Source: a bacterium (lineage in GTDB: Bacteria; UBA8248). From it: a DNA stretch of 14,563 nucleotides. The position numbers and the translations under genes were made by a program. Under the pieces are notes generated by a model. It saw nothing but the letters and a program-made list of their open reading frames with translations, was not told the origin of the DNA and ran no database searches. The stretch lies in the NCBI GenBank assembly GCA_965213685.1, contig CBDBZY010000017.1, positions 1 through 14,563 of the forward strand. The letters run 5' to 3'. Below, piece by piece: positions 1-7,956 of this stretch (positions within the stretch are counted from its first letter, which is position 1; each line of letters opens with the position of its first letter).

Positions 1-1
1 A

Positions 2-3000
2 CAGGAGGCTGTCCAGGCAATCGGCGGGAACGCCATCGCGAAGCATGTGCGCGCCGAGGACCGCGAGTACCTCGAGGGTGCGCGCGAGGGGATGGAGGTG
101 GGCGGCTTCACGGGTGCGCTCCTCGGGGCCCTCGTTCCGGGCCGGGTCCGAAAGAAGGACCCCAAGGAGTCGCAGGAGGCCTTCGTCGATGCTGCAGCGG
201 AGTCCGGCCTTTCAGACCAGGAGATCGAGGCGGCGGTCCAGTGGATCGGCGAGCAGCAAGATCCCGAGCTCGCTTCCGTTGAGGCGATCAGCGCGCTTCC
301 TGCCCGGGAGGCGCCGGAATTGCCTTCGCTCCGCCAGGAACTCGAGGGAAAGCTCGAAGCCGGCGAAGAGCTCACCCCCGCACAGGAGCGGGCGCTCGAG
401 ATTGTCCGGGAGGATGAGGGCGACCCCCCCCACACCCCGGAGGAGCTCCAGGCCTCCAGGACGGCCCGTGCGCGCGAGTTGTTCGCGGGCGAGGTGACAG
501 AGGAGGAGGATGGCGATCCCCTGGCAGGGCTCAAGCCAGACGTCCGGGAGGCCCTCGAGGCCAGCCAGCGGGAGCGGCAGCTCCGAGACCGGGCTGGGGA
601 GAACATGCGGCCCCTCCTTGACGCGATGGAGATCGCCGAGGGTCCGGACAAGGAGGTCCTCTCGTCGCTCGTCTTCGGGGCGGTCTCGAATCAGGAAGAA
701 ATTTCCGACCTCGACGCGGCGGAGGCGGCCCTTGAGGACGTGGCGTCGGGCGAGTTCTTCCGGCGCCGGGCCATGGAGGAGGAGCCGAAGGCGGTGGCGA
801 AGGCCGAGGACGTCATGGACGATCCTCTCGCGCGAGCTCGGCGGGGCACTCCGAAGGACAAATCCACGCCCCAGGAGCCACCGACAGAACCGACAGAACC
901 GGCGAAAGCCCCCAAGCAGCCGAAGAAGAAGGAGACCCCGAGGGCGCGGCGGAAGAAGAAGGCCCTCGCCGGGGAGCTCGGCCTCCAGGCGTTCGTCCGG
1001 GCTCAGGGTGGGCTGAAACCCTCCGGGGAGTCGGCGCGCTACTCCCGGAAGGAATACGACCTCGGGGAGGGGAAGGAGTTCGGCCCCCTCGCGAGGACGA
1101 AGGACGGAGGGCGGAACATCGACGACCTTGCGGAGGCCGCATGGGAGGCGGGCTTCTTCGCCGAACGGCCCACGGAGGCGGAGTTCCTGGACGCGGTAGA
1201 GGGGAACGCGAACCTCCTCGGGGCCGAGCCCGCGGCAGCCCTGCCCGGGCCCACGGAGGTCCACGGGTCCATTACGGACGCGGCGCTAGGCTTCAAGAAG
1301 GACCCCGCCCCCGACGCCATCCTCGAGCAGGCGGAGAAGGAGGATCCGGACATCGAGGGGTTCCCCTGGGAGTCCCGGAAGGATGCGGACCTTATGTTGT
1401 CCGGAACCCTGCCCCTCGTGAGCATCGACGGGTCGCGGCTCTGGGAGGGCACCAAGAAGTTCGTGCGGCGCAACTTCGCCTCCAGGGGGCACCTCCCCGA
1501 GCCCGCGTTCATGCGCAAGGTGCAGCGGGACGGAAAGGTCCAGCGCGAGCTCCAGCAAACGAAGATTCTCCTCAGCGACTTCGACAAGGCCGTGCGGAAG
1601 GCCTTCGACCGAGGCAAGCCCACCGAGGAGTCCATCCGGAAGATCGACGAGGCCTTCAAGAACGAGAGCAAGATCAAGCATCTCCCCGAGCCCCTCCGCG
1701 CCCCCGTGCGCGCGATGCGGGAGCATGTGGACACGCTCTCTCGGCGCATGATCGACCTGGGTGTCGTTGAGGGCGACCTCGCGGCCCGCGTGACGGACAA
1801 TCTCGGGTTCTACGCGACGCGGACCTACAAGGTTTTCGAGGATCCGGACTGGCACAGGAAGGTCCCGGTGGAGGTGCGCAACCGGGCGAAGGCGTTCTTG
1901 CGCGCGGAGCATGGGATCACCGACTCCCAAGCCGACAAGCTCATCGAGAACATCCTCATGCACGGCACCGCGGCGGAGAACCCGATCGCGTTCCTTGCCG
2001 GCGGGAAGCTGGGCGCGAAGGACCTCTCGATCCTGAAGCGTCGGAAGACGATCCCCCGCGTGCTGCGCGAGCTCATGGGGGAGAACAAGAACGCCCGCAC
2101 GAACTACGCGAACAGCGTCCTGAAGATGGCCCACCTCGTGGAGAACCATCGGATGCTCCACGAGTTCAAGCGGGCGGGAATGGGCAAGTGGCTGTTCGAA
2201 GCGGACGACCTCGACCGCCCGGACGGGTTCACCGCGAAGATCGCCTCCGAGAAGTCCAAGGTGCTCGAGCCCCTCAACGGGCTCGTGACCACGCCGGAGA
2301 TCCTCCAGGCGCTCGAGGACTTCACCGGACCCGGGTCTCCCGTTGAGGGTGTGGCGAAGGCCATGCTCAAGATCAACGGCTTCGCCAAGGGTGCGAAGAC
2401 GATTGGTTCCGTGCAGACGCACATGCGGAACCTGATCGGCAACGCGGGATTCGCGACGGCAAACGGCCACTGGAACCCGACGAAGTTCAAGGACGCGATG
2501 GCGCAGCTTGCGAAGCGCACGCCGGAGAACCGCAAGCGCTACCTTCGCGCGGTCGAGCTCGGCGTCGTGTCGGAGTCGACGCACGCGGGCGAGCTCCGGG
2601 ACATCGCGAAGGACGCGGGCTTCATGACCCAGGAGGAGTACCTCACGGACACCTCCCGGAAGGGCCTCAAGAAGCCATTCGATTGGGCCGCGAACCTGTA
2701 CCAGGCGGAAGACGACCTCTGGAAGCTCTACGCGTGGGAGAACGAGAAGGCGCGGTATCGGAAGGCCTTCCCCAAGAAGAGCGAAGCGGAGATCGAGGAG
2801 CTCACCGCGAAGATCGTGCGGGACACCTACCCCACGTACTCCCTCGTTCCCCGCGGGATGCGACTCCTCCGCCGCAACTGGCTCGTTGCCCCCTTCGTCT
2901 CGTTCCCGGTGGAGGTGATCCGCGTCACGAAGAACACGGCGCAGCTCGCCTACAGGGAAATGCAGAGTCCGGAGACGCGGGCAATCGGCATGCAGCGCGC

Positions 3001-3970
3001 GGTAGGCATGGCAATGGCCGCCACGCTGCCGAACGTCGCTGCACTGTGGCTCCGCGCTCTCGCGGGGATGACGGCCGACGACGAAGAGGACGCGCGCGAG
3101 TTCTTCCCGCCGTGGTCGAAGAACTCGACGGTGCTGTGGCTCAACAACAACTCCCGGGGTCAGCGCCGCTACATCGACATCAGCTACACGGACCCGTTCT
3201 CCTACATCAAGAAGCCCGCGATGGCGCTGTGGCGTGGTGAGGATCCGGTGGACATCGCGCTATCCGCAGCCAAGGAGGCGTTCGATCCGTTCATCTCCCC
3301 GGAGATTGTCACGCGGGCCGCGGTCGAAGTGGTGACGAACAAGAAGGAGACGGGCGGCAAGGTGTGGAACGAGTCGGGCTCTCCCAAGGAGATCGCGGCC
3401 GAGATGCTCACCCACATCGGCAAAGCCCTCGAGCCGGGAACCTCAGCGAGCATCCGCCGGATCTGGAAGGGCCTCAACGATGAGGTGACCCTCTACGGCA
3501 AGGCGTATGACCCGAAGGTGGAGGCGCTCGCGATGCTTGGCGGTCAGCGCGTGACGACGCTCGACCTCCGCACGGCGACACAGTTCAAGGGGTACGCCCT
3601 GAGCGACTCGTTCTCGAACGCTCGGAAGAAGATCAGCGAAGTGGCCCTCAAGTCCGGATCCGTAACCGAAAACGAAGTGGAGGAGGCATGGGAACGTTCG
3701 GAAGCAATTCGCCGCAAGGCGTTCGACGAGATGGCCTCCGCGGTGCGGGCCGCCCAGAAGCTTGGGCAGAGCCCCGAGGACATACGTGCGGCGCTCGATG
3801 GCGTCCTCTCGAAGGAGGAGACGGAGAGGCTCCTCCGCGGGGACTACCGGCCGTACCGCCCCTCGTCGTCCTTCATGGCGAGCGCGATCAAGAAGGCTCC
3901 GGAGTCGCTGCGGGAGGGGCTCAACCGGAGGAGGGAGCAGATCCGTCGTCTCGGAGCTGGGAAGAATTGA
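2..3970 (+). CDS. Large polyvalent / virion internal (DNA-ejection-type) protein, 5'-truncated; C-terminal LPD38-like region
   Basis: The frame is open from position 2 (QEAVQAIGGNAIAKHVRAEDREYLEGAREGMEVGGFTGALLGAL), so GTG 47 is not the true start. It contains a Gly/Ala hydrophobic segment, an acidic/Pro-Lys linker and a helical body. The C-terminal FFPPWSKNS..YIDISYTDPF..PFISPEIVTRAAVEVVTNKKETGGKVWNE resembles the C-termini of phage large polyvalent proteins. Confidence 0.75.
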   Translation, partial: QEAVQAIGGNAIAKHVRAEDREYLEGAREGMEVGGFTGALLGALVPGRVRKKDPKESQEAFVDAAAESGLSDQEIEAAVQWIGEQQDPELASVEAISALPAREAPELPSLRQELEGKLEAGEELTPAQERALEIVREDEGDPPHTPEELQASRTARARELFAGEVTEEEDGDPLAGLKPDVREALEASQRERQLRDRAGENMRPLLDAMEIAEGPDKEVLSSLVFGAVSNQEEISDLDAAEAALEDVASGEFFRRRAMEEEPKAVAKAEDVMDDPLARARRGTPKDKSTPQEPPTEPTEPAKAPKQPKKKETPRARRKKKALAGELGLQAFVRAQGGLKPSGESARYSRKEYDLGEGKEFGPLARTKDGGRNIDDLAEAAWEAGFFAERPTEAEFLDAVEGNANLLGAEPAAALPGPTEVHGSITDAALGFKKDPAPDAILEQAEKEDPDIEGFPWESRKDADLMLSGTLPLVSIDGSRLWEGTKKFVRRNFASRGHLPEPAFMRKVQRDGKVQRELQQTKILLSDFDKAVRKAFDRGKPTEESIRKIDEAFKNESKIKHLPEPLRAPVRAMREHVDTLSRRMIDLGVVEGDLAARVTDNLGFYATRTYKVFEDPDWHRKVPVEVRNRAKAFLRAEHGITDSQADKLIENILMHGTAAENPIAFLAGGKLGAKDLSILKRRKTIPRVLRELMGENKNARTNYANSVLKMAHLVENHRMLHEFKRAGMGKWLFEADDLDRPDGFTAKIASEKSKVLEPLNGLVTTPEILQALEDFTGPGSPVEGVAKAMLKINGFAKGAKTIGSVQTHMRNLIGNAGFATANGHWNPTKFKDAMAQLAKRTPENRKRYLRAVELGVVSESTHAGELRDIAKDAGFMTQEEYLTDTSRKGLKKPFDWAANLYQAEDDLWKLYAWENEKARYRKAFPKKSEAEIEELTAKIVRDTYPTYSLVPRGMRLLRRNWLVAPFVSFPVEVIRVTKNTAQLAYREMQSPETRAIGMQRAVGMAMAATLPNVAALWLRALAGMTADDEEDAREFFPPWSKNSTVLWLNNNSRGQRRYIDISYTDPFSYIKKPAMALWRGEDPVDIALSAAKEAFDPFISPEIVTRAAVEVVTNKKETGGKVWNESGSPKEIAAEMLTHIGKALEPGTSASIRRIWKGLNDEVTLYGKAYDPKVEALAMLGGQRVTTLDLRTATQFKGYALSDSFSNARKKISEVALKSGSVTENEVEEAWERSEAIRRKAFDEMASAVRAAQKLGQSPEDIRAALDGVLSKEETERLLRGDYRPYRPSSSFMASAIKKAPESLREGLNRRREQIRRLGAGKN

Positions 3971-4010
3971 CACTCCGTGCGGGATGTCCAGACATGGGGA
4001 GCCTAGCCTC

Positions 4011-4340
4011 ATGACCTTGGAAGAAATTCTGCGGGAGCTCGCAACGCAGGTTCCTTCCCTGGGAGTCCTCACGTGGCTCGTGTGGAAGGGACTGTCTACT
4101 GCACAATCACAGGCCGCCGCGTTCCTTGAGCACCTCAAGGGGCGTGACGAGTCGTTCTCTGGCGTCCTGAAGGAGATCGGGAAGGACTGCCACGAGCACT
4201 CCTCCGACCTCACCGAGCGGTATCGGGCGGCGATGGAGCGGCAGACGCAGATATCCGAGCGCGTGGGGGAGAAGCTCGACAAGAACACGGAGATGCTCGG
4301 CCGCGTAGCGTCGGCCCTTGCCCGAAGGGAGTCAGCATGA
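4011..4340 (+). CDS. Small membrane protein (one N-terminal hydrophobic segment + coiled coil), holin-like position, 109 aa
   Basis: ATG 4011 is preceded by GGGGAG (3996-4001). MTLEEILRELATQVPSLGVLTWLVWKGL is followed by an amphipathic helix. The stop overlaps the next ATG (ATGA). Holin function is positional inference only. Confidence 0.7.
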   Translation: MTLEEILRELATQVPSLGVLTWLVWKGLSTAQSQAAAFLEHLKGRDESFSGVLKEIGKDCHEHSSDLTERYRAAMERQTQISERVGEKLDKNTEMLGRVASALARRESA

Positions 4341-4624
4341 GCCAGGAAGCCGCCCGCCCTGTAGGCCCGCAGCAAATGCGCCAGTGGAGCCCGCTACTCC
4401 TCCTCCTCGCGGGGGCAGGGGGCTATTTCGAGCTCCGGGCGACCCCTCAAATGGCCGAGGCGATCGGGCAGCAGCTCGACCGCCACGAGCGCCGGGGGCA
4501 TGAGGACCACCCCACCCGTGCCGAGCTCGACGCGCACCTCGAGAAGCACACCGCCATCGCCGAACAGATCCAGCGGACCCTCGAGCGGATCGAGGACCGG
4601 ATGGACGAACTCTCGAAGGACTGA
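4337..4624 (+). CDS. Small membrane-anchored His-rich coiled-coil protein, 95 aa
   Basis: AAGGGAG SD and ATGA overlap. Hydrophobic WSPLLLLLAGAGGYF, then a His-rich segment and heptad-like IAEQIQRTLERIEDRMDEL. Confidence 0.75.
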   Translation: MSQEAARPVGPQQMRQWSPLLLLLAGAGGYFELRATPQMAEAIGQQLDRHERRGHEDHPTRAELDAHLEKHTAIAEQIQRTLERIEDRMDELSKD

Positions 4625-4628
4625 CCCC

Positions 4629-5030
4629 ATGCGCAGACTCCTCGCCCTCCTCGTGCTCGCCCTCGCCCCCGCTTGCAAGACCGCCCCGGACGGGACGGTC
4701 ACCTTCGACCCTGAGGCCGCGAGCCTCGCCATGAGCATGGCTCAGGTGGAGATCGAAGCCGCCCGGATGGACCTCGCGGACTACCGGGTCCTCCGCCCTG
4801 AGGCGGAGTGGGTGGACGACGTGGACCAAGCCCTCAACGCGGTCTCCCTCGCGATCAACGCCTACCTCACGGCGACCGACGCCGGAGAGGAGGGGGAGAT
4901 GGAGCCCCTCCGGGCGGCCCTCGAGTTCGCCCTGGGGGCCACCGAGCCCCTCGTCGCTGACGAAAAGATGGGGCCCGAGATCATGCTCCTCCGAGGGATT
5001 CTGCGAAGAGCCCTGCTCTACACGGAGTAG
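4629..5030 (+). CDS. Putative lipoprotein, 133 aa
   Basis: ATG 4629 follows GAAGGA (4615-4620). MRRLLALLVLALAPAC is a signal peptide with a lipobox-like Cys16, followed by an acidic helical body. The ORF-track start at 4500 is an overextension. Confidence 0.75.
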   Translation: MRRLLALLVLALAPACKTAPDGTVTFDPEAASLAMSMAQVEIEAARMDLADYRVLRPEAEWVDDVDQALNAVSLAINAYLTATDAGEEGEMEPLRAALEFALGATEPLVADEKMGPEIMLLRGILRRALLYTE

Positions 5031-5034
5031 CCGA

Positions 5035-5211
5035 CCCCGGGCCCCGGGGACCCCCCCCACCCCCAAGGGACACCCCGACGGTGTCCGGGAAGGGGTGTCG
5101 GCCCGCCGAACGTCGAGGTACGGGCTGGGAAAGAGGGAAGCCCGGCCTCTCAAAGGTTGCGGTTTCTGACGAGTTGGAGGAGGCGTCAGAGCTAGCCCCG
5201 CTCGAACGAGC
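5035..5211. repeat. Cluster of GC-rich inverted repeats in the late/early intergenic region
   Basis: CCCCGG/CCGGGG (5035-5049); GGACACC/GGTGTCC (5068-5086) with alternative GACACCCC/GGGGTGTC (5069-5099); CGGGCT/AGCCCG (5121-5144); TCTGACG/CGTCAGA (5165-5190); GCTC-GAAC-GAGC (5200-5211). No U-tract follows any of them. Confidence 0.6.
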
Positions 5212-5230
5212 CGACGGCGGAACTATGCCC

Positions 5231-5259
5231 TTGCGCTCCCGACCTGTCCACCGCAGAAT
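5231..5259 (+). promoter_or_regulatory. Putative sigma70-type early promoter
   Basis: TTGCGC (5231-5236), 17-nt spacer, CAGAAT (5254-5259), directly upstream of the HTH gene and the early operon. Confidence 0.45.
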
Positions 5260-5284
5260 TCTAGAACCGTGGCAAGTTCTAGAA
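5259..5284. promoter_or_regulatory. Putative operator: two TTCTAGAA palindromes forming a 9-bp inverted repeat
   Basis: TTCTAGAAC (5259-5267), CGTGGCAA, GTTCTAGAA (5276-5284). AT-rich in a GC-rich context. Overlaps the putative -10/TSS and the HTH start codon. Confidence 0.6.
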
Positions 5285-5508
5285 ACAGGGAATGGAGTCC
5301 GGGAGCCTTCGCGCGCCGGCTCGATCAGGTGGGAATGACCGTTGCCGACCTCCACAGGCGGCTTTCGAGGGACCTCCCAGACCCGCCCAGCGTGGCGACC
5401 GTGTACTCCTGGAGGAAGGCGGGCTCTCGTGGCCCGCGGTTCCAAGCGTGGGGGGCTGCGGTTGCCGCCGCCCTCCGCTGCCGGCTCGGGGTATTGTTCT
5501 CAAAGTGA
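5269..5508 (+). CDS. XRE/Cro-like helix-turn-helix transcriptional regulator, 79 aa
   Basis: FARRLDQVGMTVADLHRRL..PSVATVYSWRKAGSRGPR..AAVAAALRCRLGVLF follows the XRE HTH pattern. It is the first gene of the early operon. The GTG start has no SD. Confidence 0.75.
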   Translation: MASSRNREWSPGAFARRLDQVGMTVADLHRRLSRDLPDPPSVATVYSWRKAGSRGPRFQAWGAAVAAALRCRLGVLFSK

Positions 5509-5615
5509 AAGCGGAGAGTGCCCAACGCGCACGGGCGAGAGCTCCCAAACCAGTCGAATCAGGGGGCCGCGCCCCTGGAGAGCGCCGAGCGGGGTGAGAG
5601 GCCCGCGTCCCCCCC

Positions 5616-6647
5616 ATGATCGAAAAACTCGAGCTCGAGGTCCCCGGTGAGGGCTCCCTCCGCCAAGAGGAGCGCGAGCGGTGGCTCGAGGCCCGCAAGG
5701 GCACCCTGGGAGGCTCTGGCGCCGCGGTGGCCGTCGGCATGGGCCGGCACGGGTCCCGGATGCGTCTGTGGGCCGAGATGACGGGCAAGGTCCCCCCGGA
5801 GGACATCAGCCGGAAGGAATACGTCTACTGGGGCAACGCCCTCGAGGGCACCGTCGTGGAGGAGCTCGGCCGGCGGACGAAGTTCCGCCCCACGGACTGG
5901 AACGAATCGCCGGATCCCCCCTGGCGGGGGTTCATGGAGGACGCGGAGCACATGGGGGCCTTCGATATCAAGGCCGACGCGCGCGACCGCTATCAGCACC
6001 TCTACCGCTCCAAGGCCCGCCACTGGCAGACGCTCTCCCCCGATGCCTTCTGCAACCACCCCGAGCATGGGCTCGGCCTCGTGGAGGCGAAGACCGTAGG
6101 TGTCCGCTCGTCGCCCGACTGGAGGGACTCGCCGCCCGAGTGGGTGCAGCTTCAGATTGCGCACGGCCTCGCCGTGACGGGGCTCCCCTACGGCGTGATC
6201 GTTGCCCTCGTCGGGGGACAGCAACTCCTCGCCTACATGGTCGAGCGCGACGATGAGCTGATCGAGCTCCTCAACGAGCGCGAGGCGGACTTCATGGAGC
6301 TCGTGGAAACAAAGGTCCCCCCGGAAACGGACGACCACCCCGACACGCTTGCGACCGTGAAGGAGCTCTATCCCACAGGGAACAAGCGACGGGTTGTCTT
6401 GCCCGAGAGCGCGCTCCACTGGGATGAGGTGCTGCAGCAAGCGAAGGCGGACGCGCGCGTTGCCGAAACCCTCGTGAAGGGGCTCGAGGCACGAATGCGC
6501 GCCATGATTGGGGAATACGAGTACGCTGAGATTCCAGGGGGAGAGTTCGAGTACACGCTCCGCACGCAGACCCGACCGGAGAGGATCACGGAAGCCTACT
6601 CCTACCGTGAGCTCCGCAGACGCAAACGCAGGAAGCCCCGCAAGTAA
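5616..6647 (+). CDS. YqaJ-family (lambda-exonuclease-like) viral recombinase exonuclease, 343 aa
   Basis: WLEARKGTLGGS..LWAEMTG..WGNALE, SPDA..LVEAKT (PD-(D/E)xK), QIAHGLAVTG, ALVGG, ERDDELI..F..VETKVPP are all characteristic YqaJ motifs. Confidence 0.92.
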   Translation: MIEKLELEVPGEGSLRQEERERWLEARKGTLGGSGAAVAVGMGRHGSRMRLWAEMTGKVPPEDISRKEYVYWGNALEGTVVEELGRRTKFRPTDWNESPDPPWRGFMEDAEHMGAFDIKADARDRYQHLYRSKARHWQTLSPDAFCNHPEHGLGLVEAKTVGVRSSPDWRDSPPEWVQLQIAHGLAVTGLPYGVIVALVGGQQLLAYMVERDDELIELLNEREADFMELVETKVPPETDDHPDTLATVKELYPTGNKRRVVLPESALHWDEVLQQAKADARVAETLVKGLEARMRAMIGEYEYAEIPGGEFEYTLRTQTRPERITEAYSYRELRRRKRRKPRK

Positions 6648-7558
6648 TGGACAGCGAAGAACAAGTCGAGGCCCTCGCAGGCCTACCGCGCGATCTCGCG
6701 CTCATGAAGATGGAGAACGACACGATCGTCTCCATGGCAGCCGCCCGGCCGCGCGACTACGCGAAGATCCTTGACGATCTCGTGGCGCAGCTCGAGGCCT
6801 ACCCCTCCTTTGCGGAGGGCGCGATCTACTGCAAGCCCGTGGGGAAGGATCGCTCTGGCGTGATGCAGTTCGCCACGGGCCTATCCGTGCGCGCGGCAGA
6901 GGCTCTATCCGAAGCGTACGGATTCAATCGAGTGAGCACGCGCGCGGAGCCTGTGGAGGGCACGGAGTCCATGCGCGTCACCGCGTCGTTCACGGACTAC
7001 CAGCGGGGCCGCGTGTGGGAGGACTCGATCGTTGCGTCTCCCTACTACACAGACCGGAACGGGAACATGCGCCGCAACAACGACGATCGGTTTCTAAACG
7101 TCGTCCTGAAGGCGGAGCGCTCGAAGCTCGTGCGCGAGGTGATCCTCCGCTCGGTCCCCGCCGGCCTCAAGAGCGAGCTCGAGGCGGCGGCTGCGCGTGC
7201 GCAAGAGCAGGGGCTCACCGAGGAGCAGGCGCAGAAGATCATCGCGGCATGGGAGGGCAAAGGCGTCCCGCTTGCGGACCTCGAGGCCCTCCTAGGGAAG
7301 GCCCGTGCCAACTGGAGCAAGGCGGAGCGTGCGCGACTCCTTCACCTCTGGCAGTCTGCAGAGGATGGGGAGCTCTCCGCGTCTGAAGTGGTCGCAGCCG
7401 CAAAGGAGTCCGCCGCATCGGATGGATTCGTGGCGGCCGAGGGAGAAGAGAAGGAACCCGCCACCCTTAAGGACAAGCTCCGCAAGGAAGAGGAGCCGGA
7501 GGAGAAGGCGCCCGCCATCCCCGACGAAGAGAACCCGTTCATGGGGGTGGGGCAGTGA
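6647..7558 (+). CDS. Putative single-strand annealing protein partnering YqaJ (RecT-like position), 303 aa
   Basis: TAATG coupling to YqaJ. The RPRD..FAEGAIYCKPVG..GLSVRAAEAL..YG..REVILRSVP pattern resembles phage proteins commonly found next to recombination exonucleases. It ends in an acidic flexible tail with a hydrophobic end (IPDEENPF). Confidence 0.6.
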   Translation: MDSEEQVEALAGLPRDLALMKMENDTIVSMAAARPRDYAKILDDLVAQLEAYPSFAEGAIYCKPVGKDRSGVMQFATGLSVRAAEALSEAYGFNRVSTRAEPVEGTESMRVTASFTDYQRGRVWEDSIVASPYYTDRNGNMRRNNDDRFLNVVLKAERSKLVREVILRSVPAGLKSELEAAAARAQEQGLTEEQAQKIIAAWEGKGVPLADLEALLGKARANWSKAERARLLHLWQSAEDGELSASEVVAAAKESAASDGFVAAEGEEKEPATLKDKLRKEEEPEEKAPAIPDEENPFMGVGQ

Positions 7559-7956
7559 TATTCACGGTAAGCCAACCGCGCCGAATTCCGACCGCACACG
7601 CCATGGGCTGGTACGAGGAGGGCGAGCTCGGGTGGTTCCTTGCGTTCGATCAAGAGCGCTTCGTCCAGCGGATATTTAGGGCGGTGGCCCACACGCGTAT
7701 CTATATGTGGAACATTGTGAGCTACGCGGCAGACAGGCCCATGCGCCGACTGGGAAACGGGGAGATCATAGCGGACCTCCGCCTGTGGCTCCTCGAGCTC
7801 GGCACCGACGAGGAGCTCGTGCTCCAGCTCTATTCAGATCGAGAGATCGTTGGCGCGGTGCGTGAAGCGCTGGACGCGGGCAGCCATCGGATGCGCGGAT
7901 GGACCACGCAGATGGCCGAGGTTCCCCGTTTTGAGGAGCGATACCCCAATGAGTGA
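7555..7956 (+). CDS. Hypothetical protein, 133 aa
   Basis: GTGA overlap with the upstream stop. Globular composition. The end overlaps the next gene start. Confidence 0.65.
   Translation: MIFTVSQPRRIPTAHAMGWYEEGELGWFLAFDQERFVQRIFRAVAHTRIYMWNIVSYAADRPMRRLGNGEIIADLRLWLLELGTDEELVLQLYSDREIVGAVREALDAGSHRMRGWTTQMAEVPRFEERYPNE

Noticed and set aside
45-49. ORF-track starts at 45/47 for the large protein
   Set aside because: The frame is open to the window edge and the upstream peptide continues the same motif. The gene begins outside the window.
881-901. CCGACAGAA tandem duplication
   Set aside because: It simply encodes PTEPTEP in a flexible linker; only two copies.
3967-3995. Perfect TTGACA overlapping the stop codon of the large gene
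   Set aside because: No convincing -10 hexamer at 16-18 bp (AGACAT at 17 bp), so it cannot be supported as a promoter.
212-4375. Long minus-strand ORFs (212-1264, 1286-2584, 3443-4375) and similar ones at 5559-6440, 9025-9897, 11392-12669
   Set aside because: They are antisense shadows of GC3-rich plus-strand genes, with no SD, no recognisable motifs and composition typical of reverse-frame translation.
5035-5099. Intrinsic terminator for the late operon
   Set aside because: Hairpins are present but no U-tract follows on either strand. Kept only as inverted repeats.
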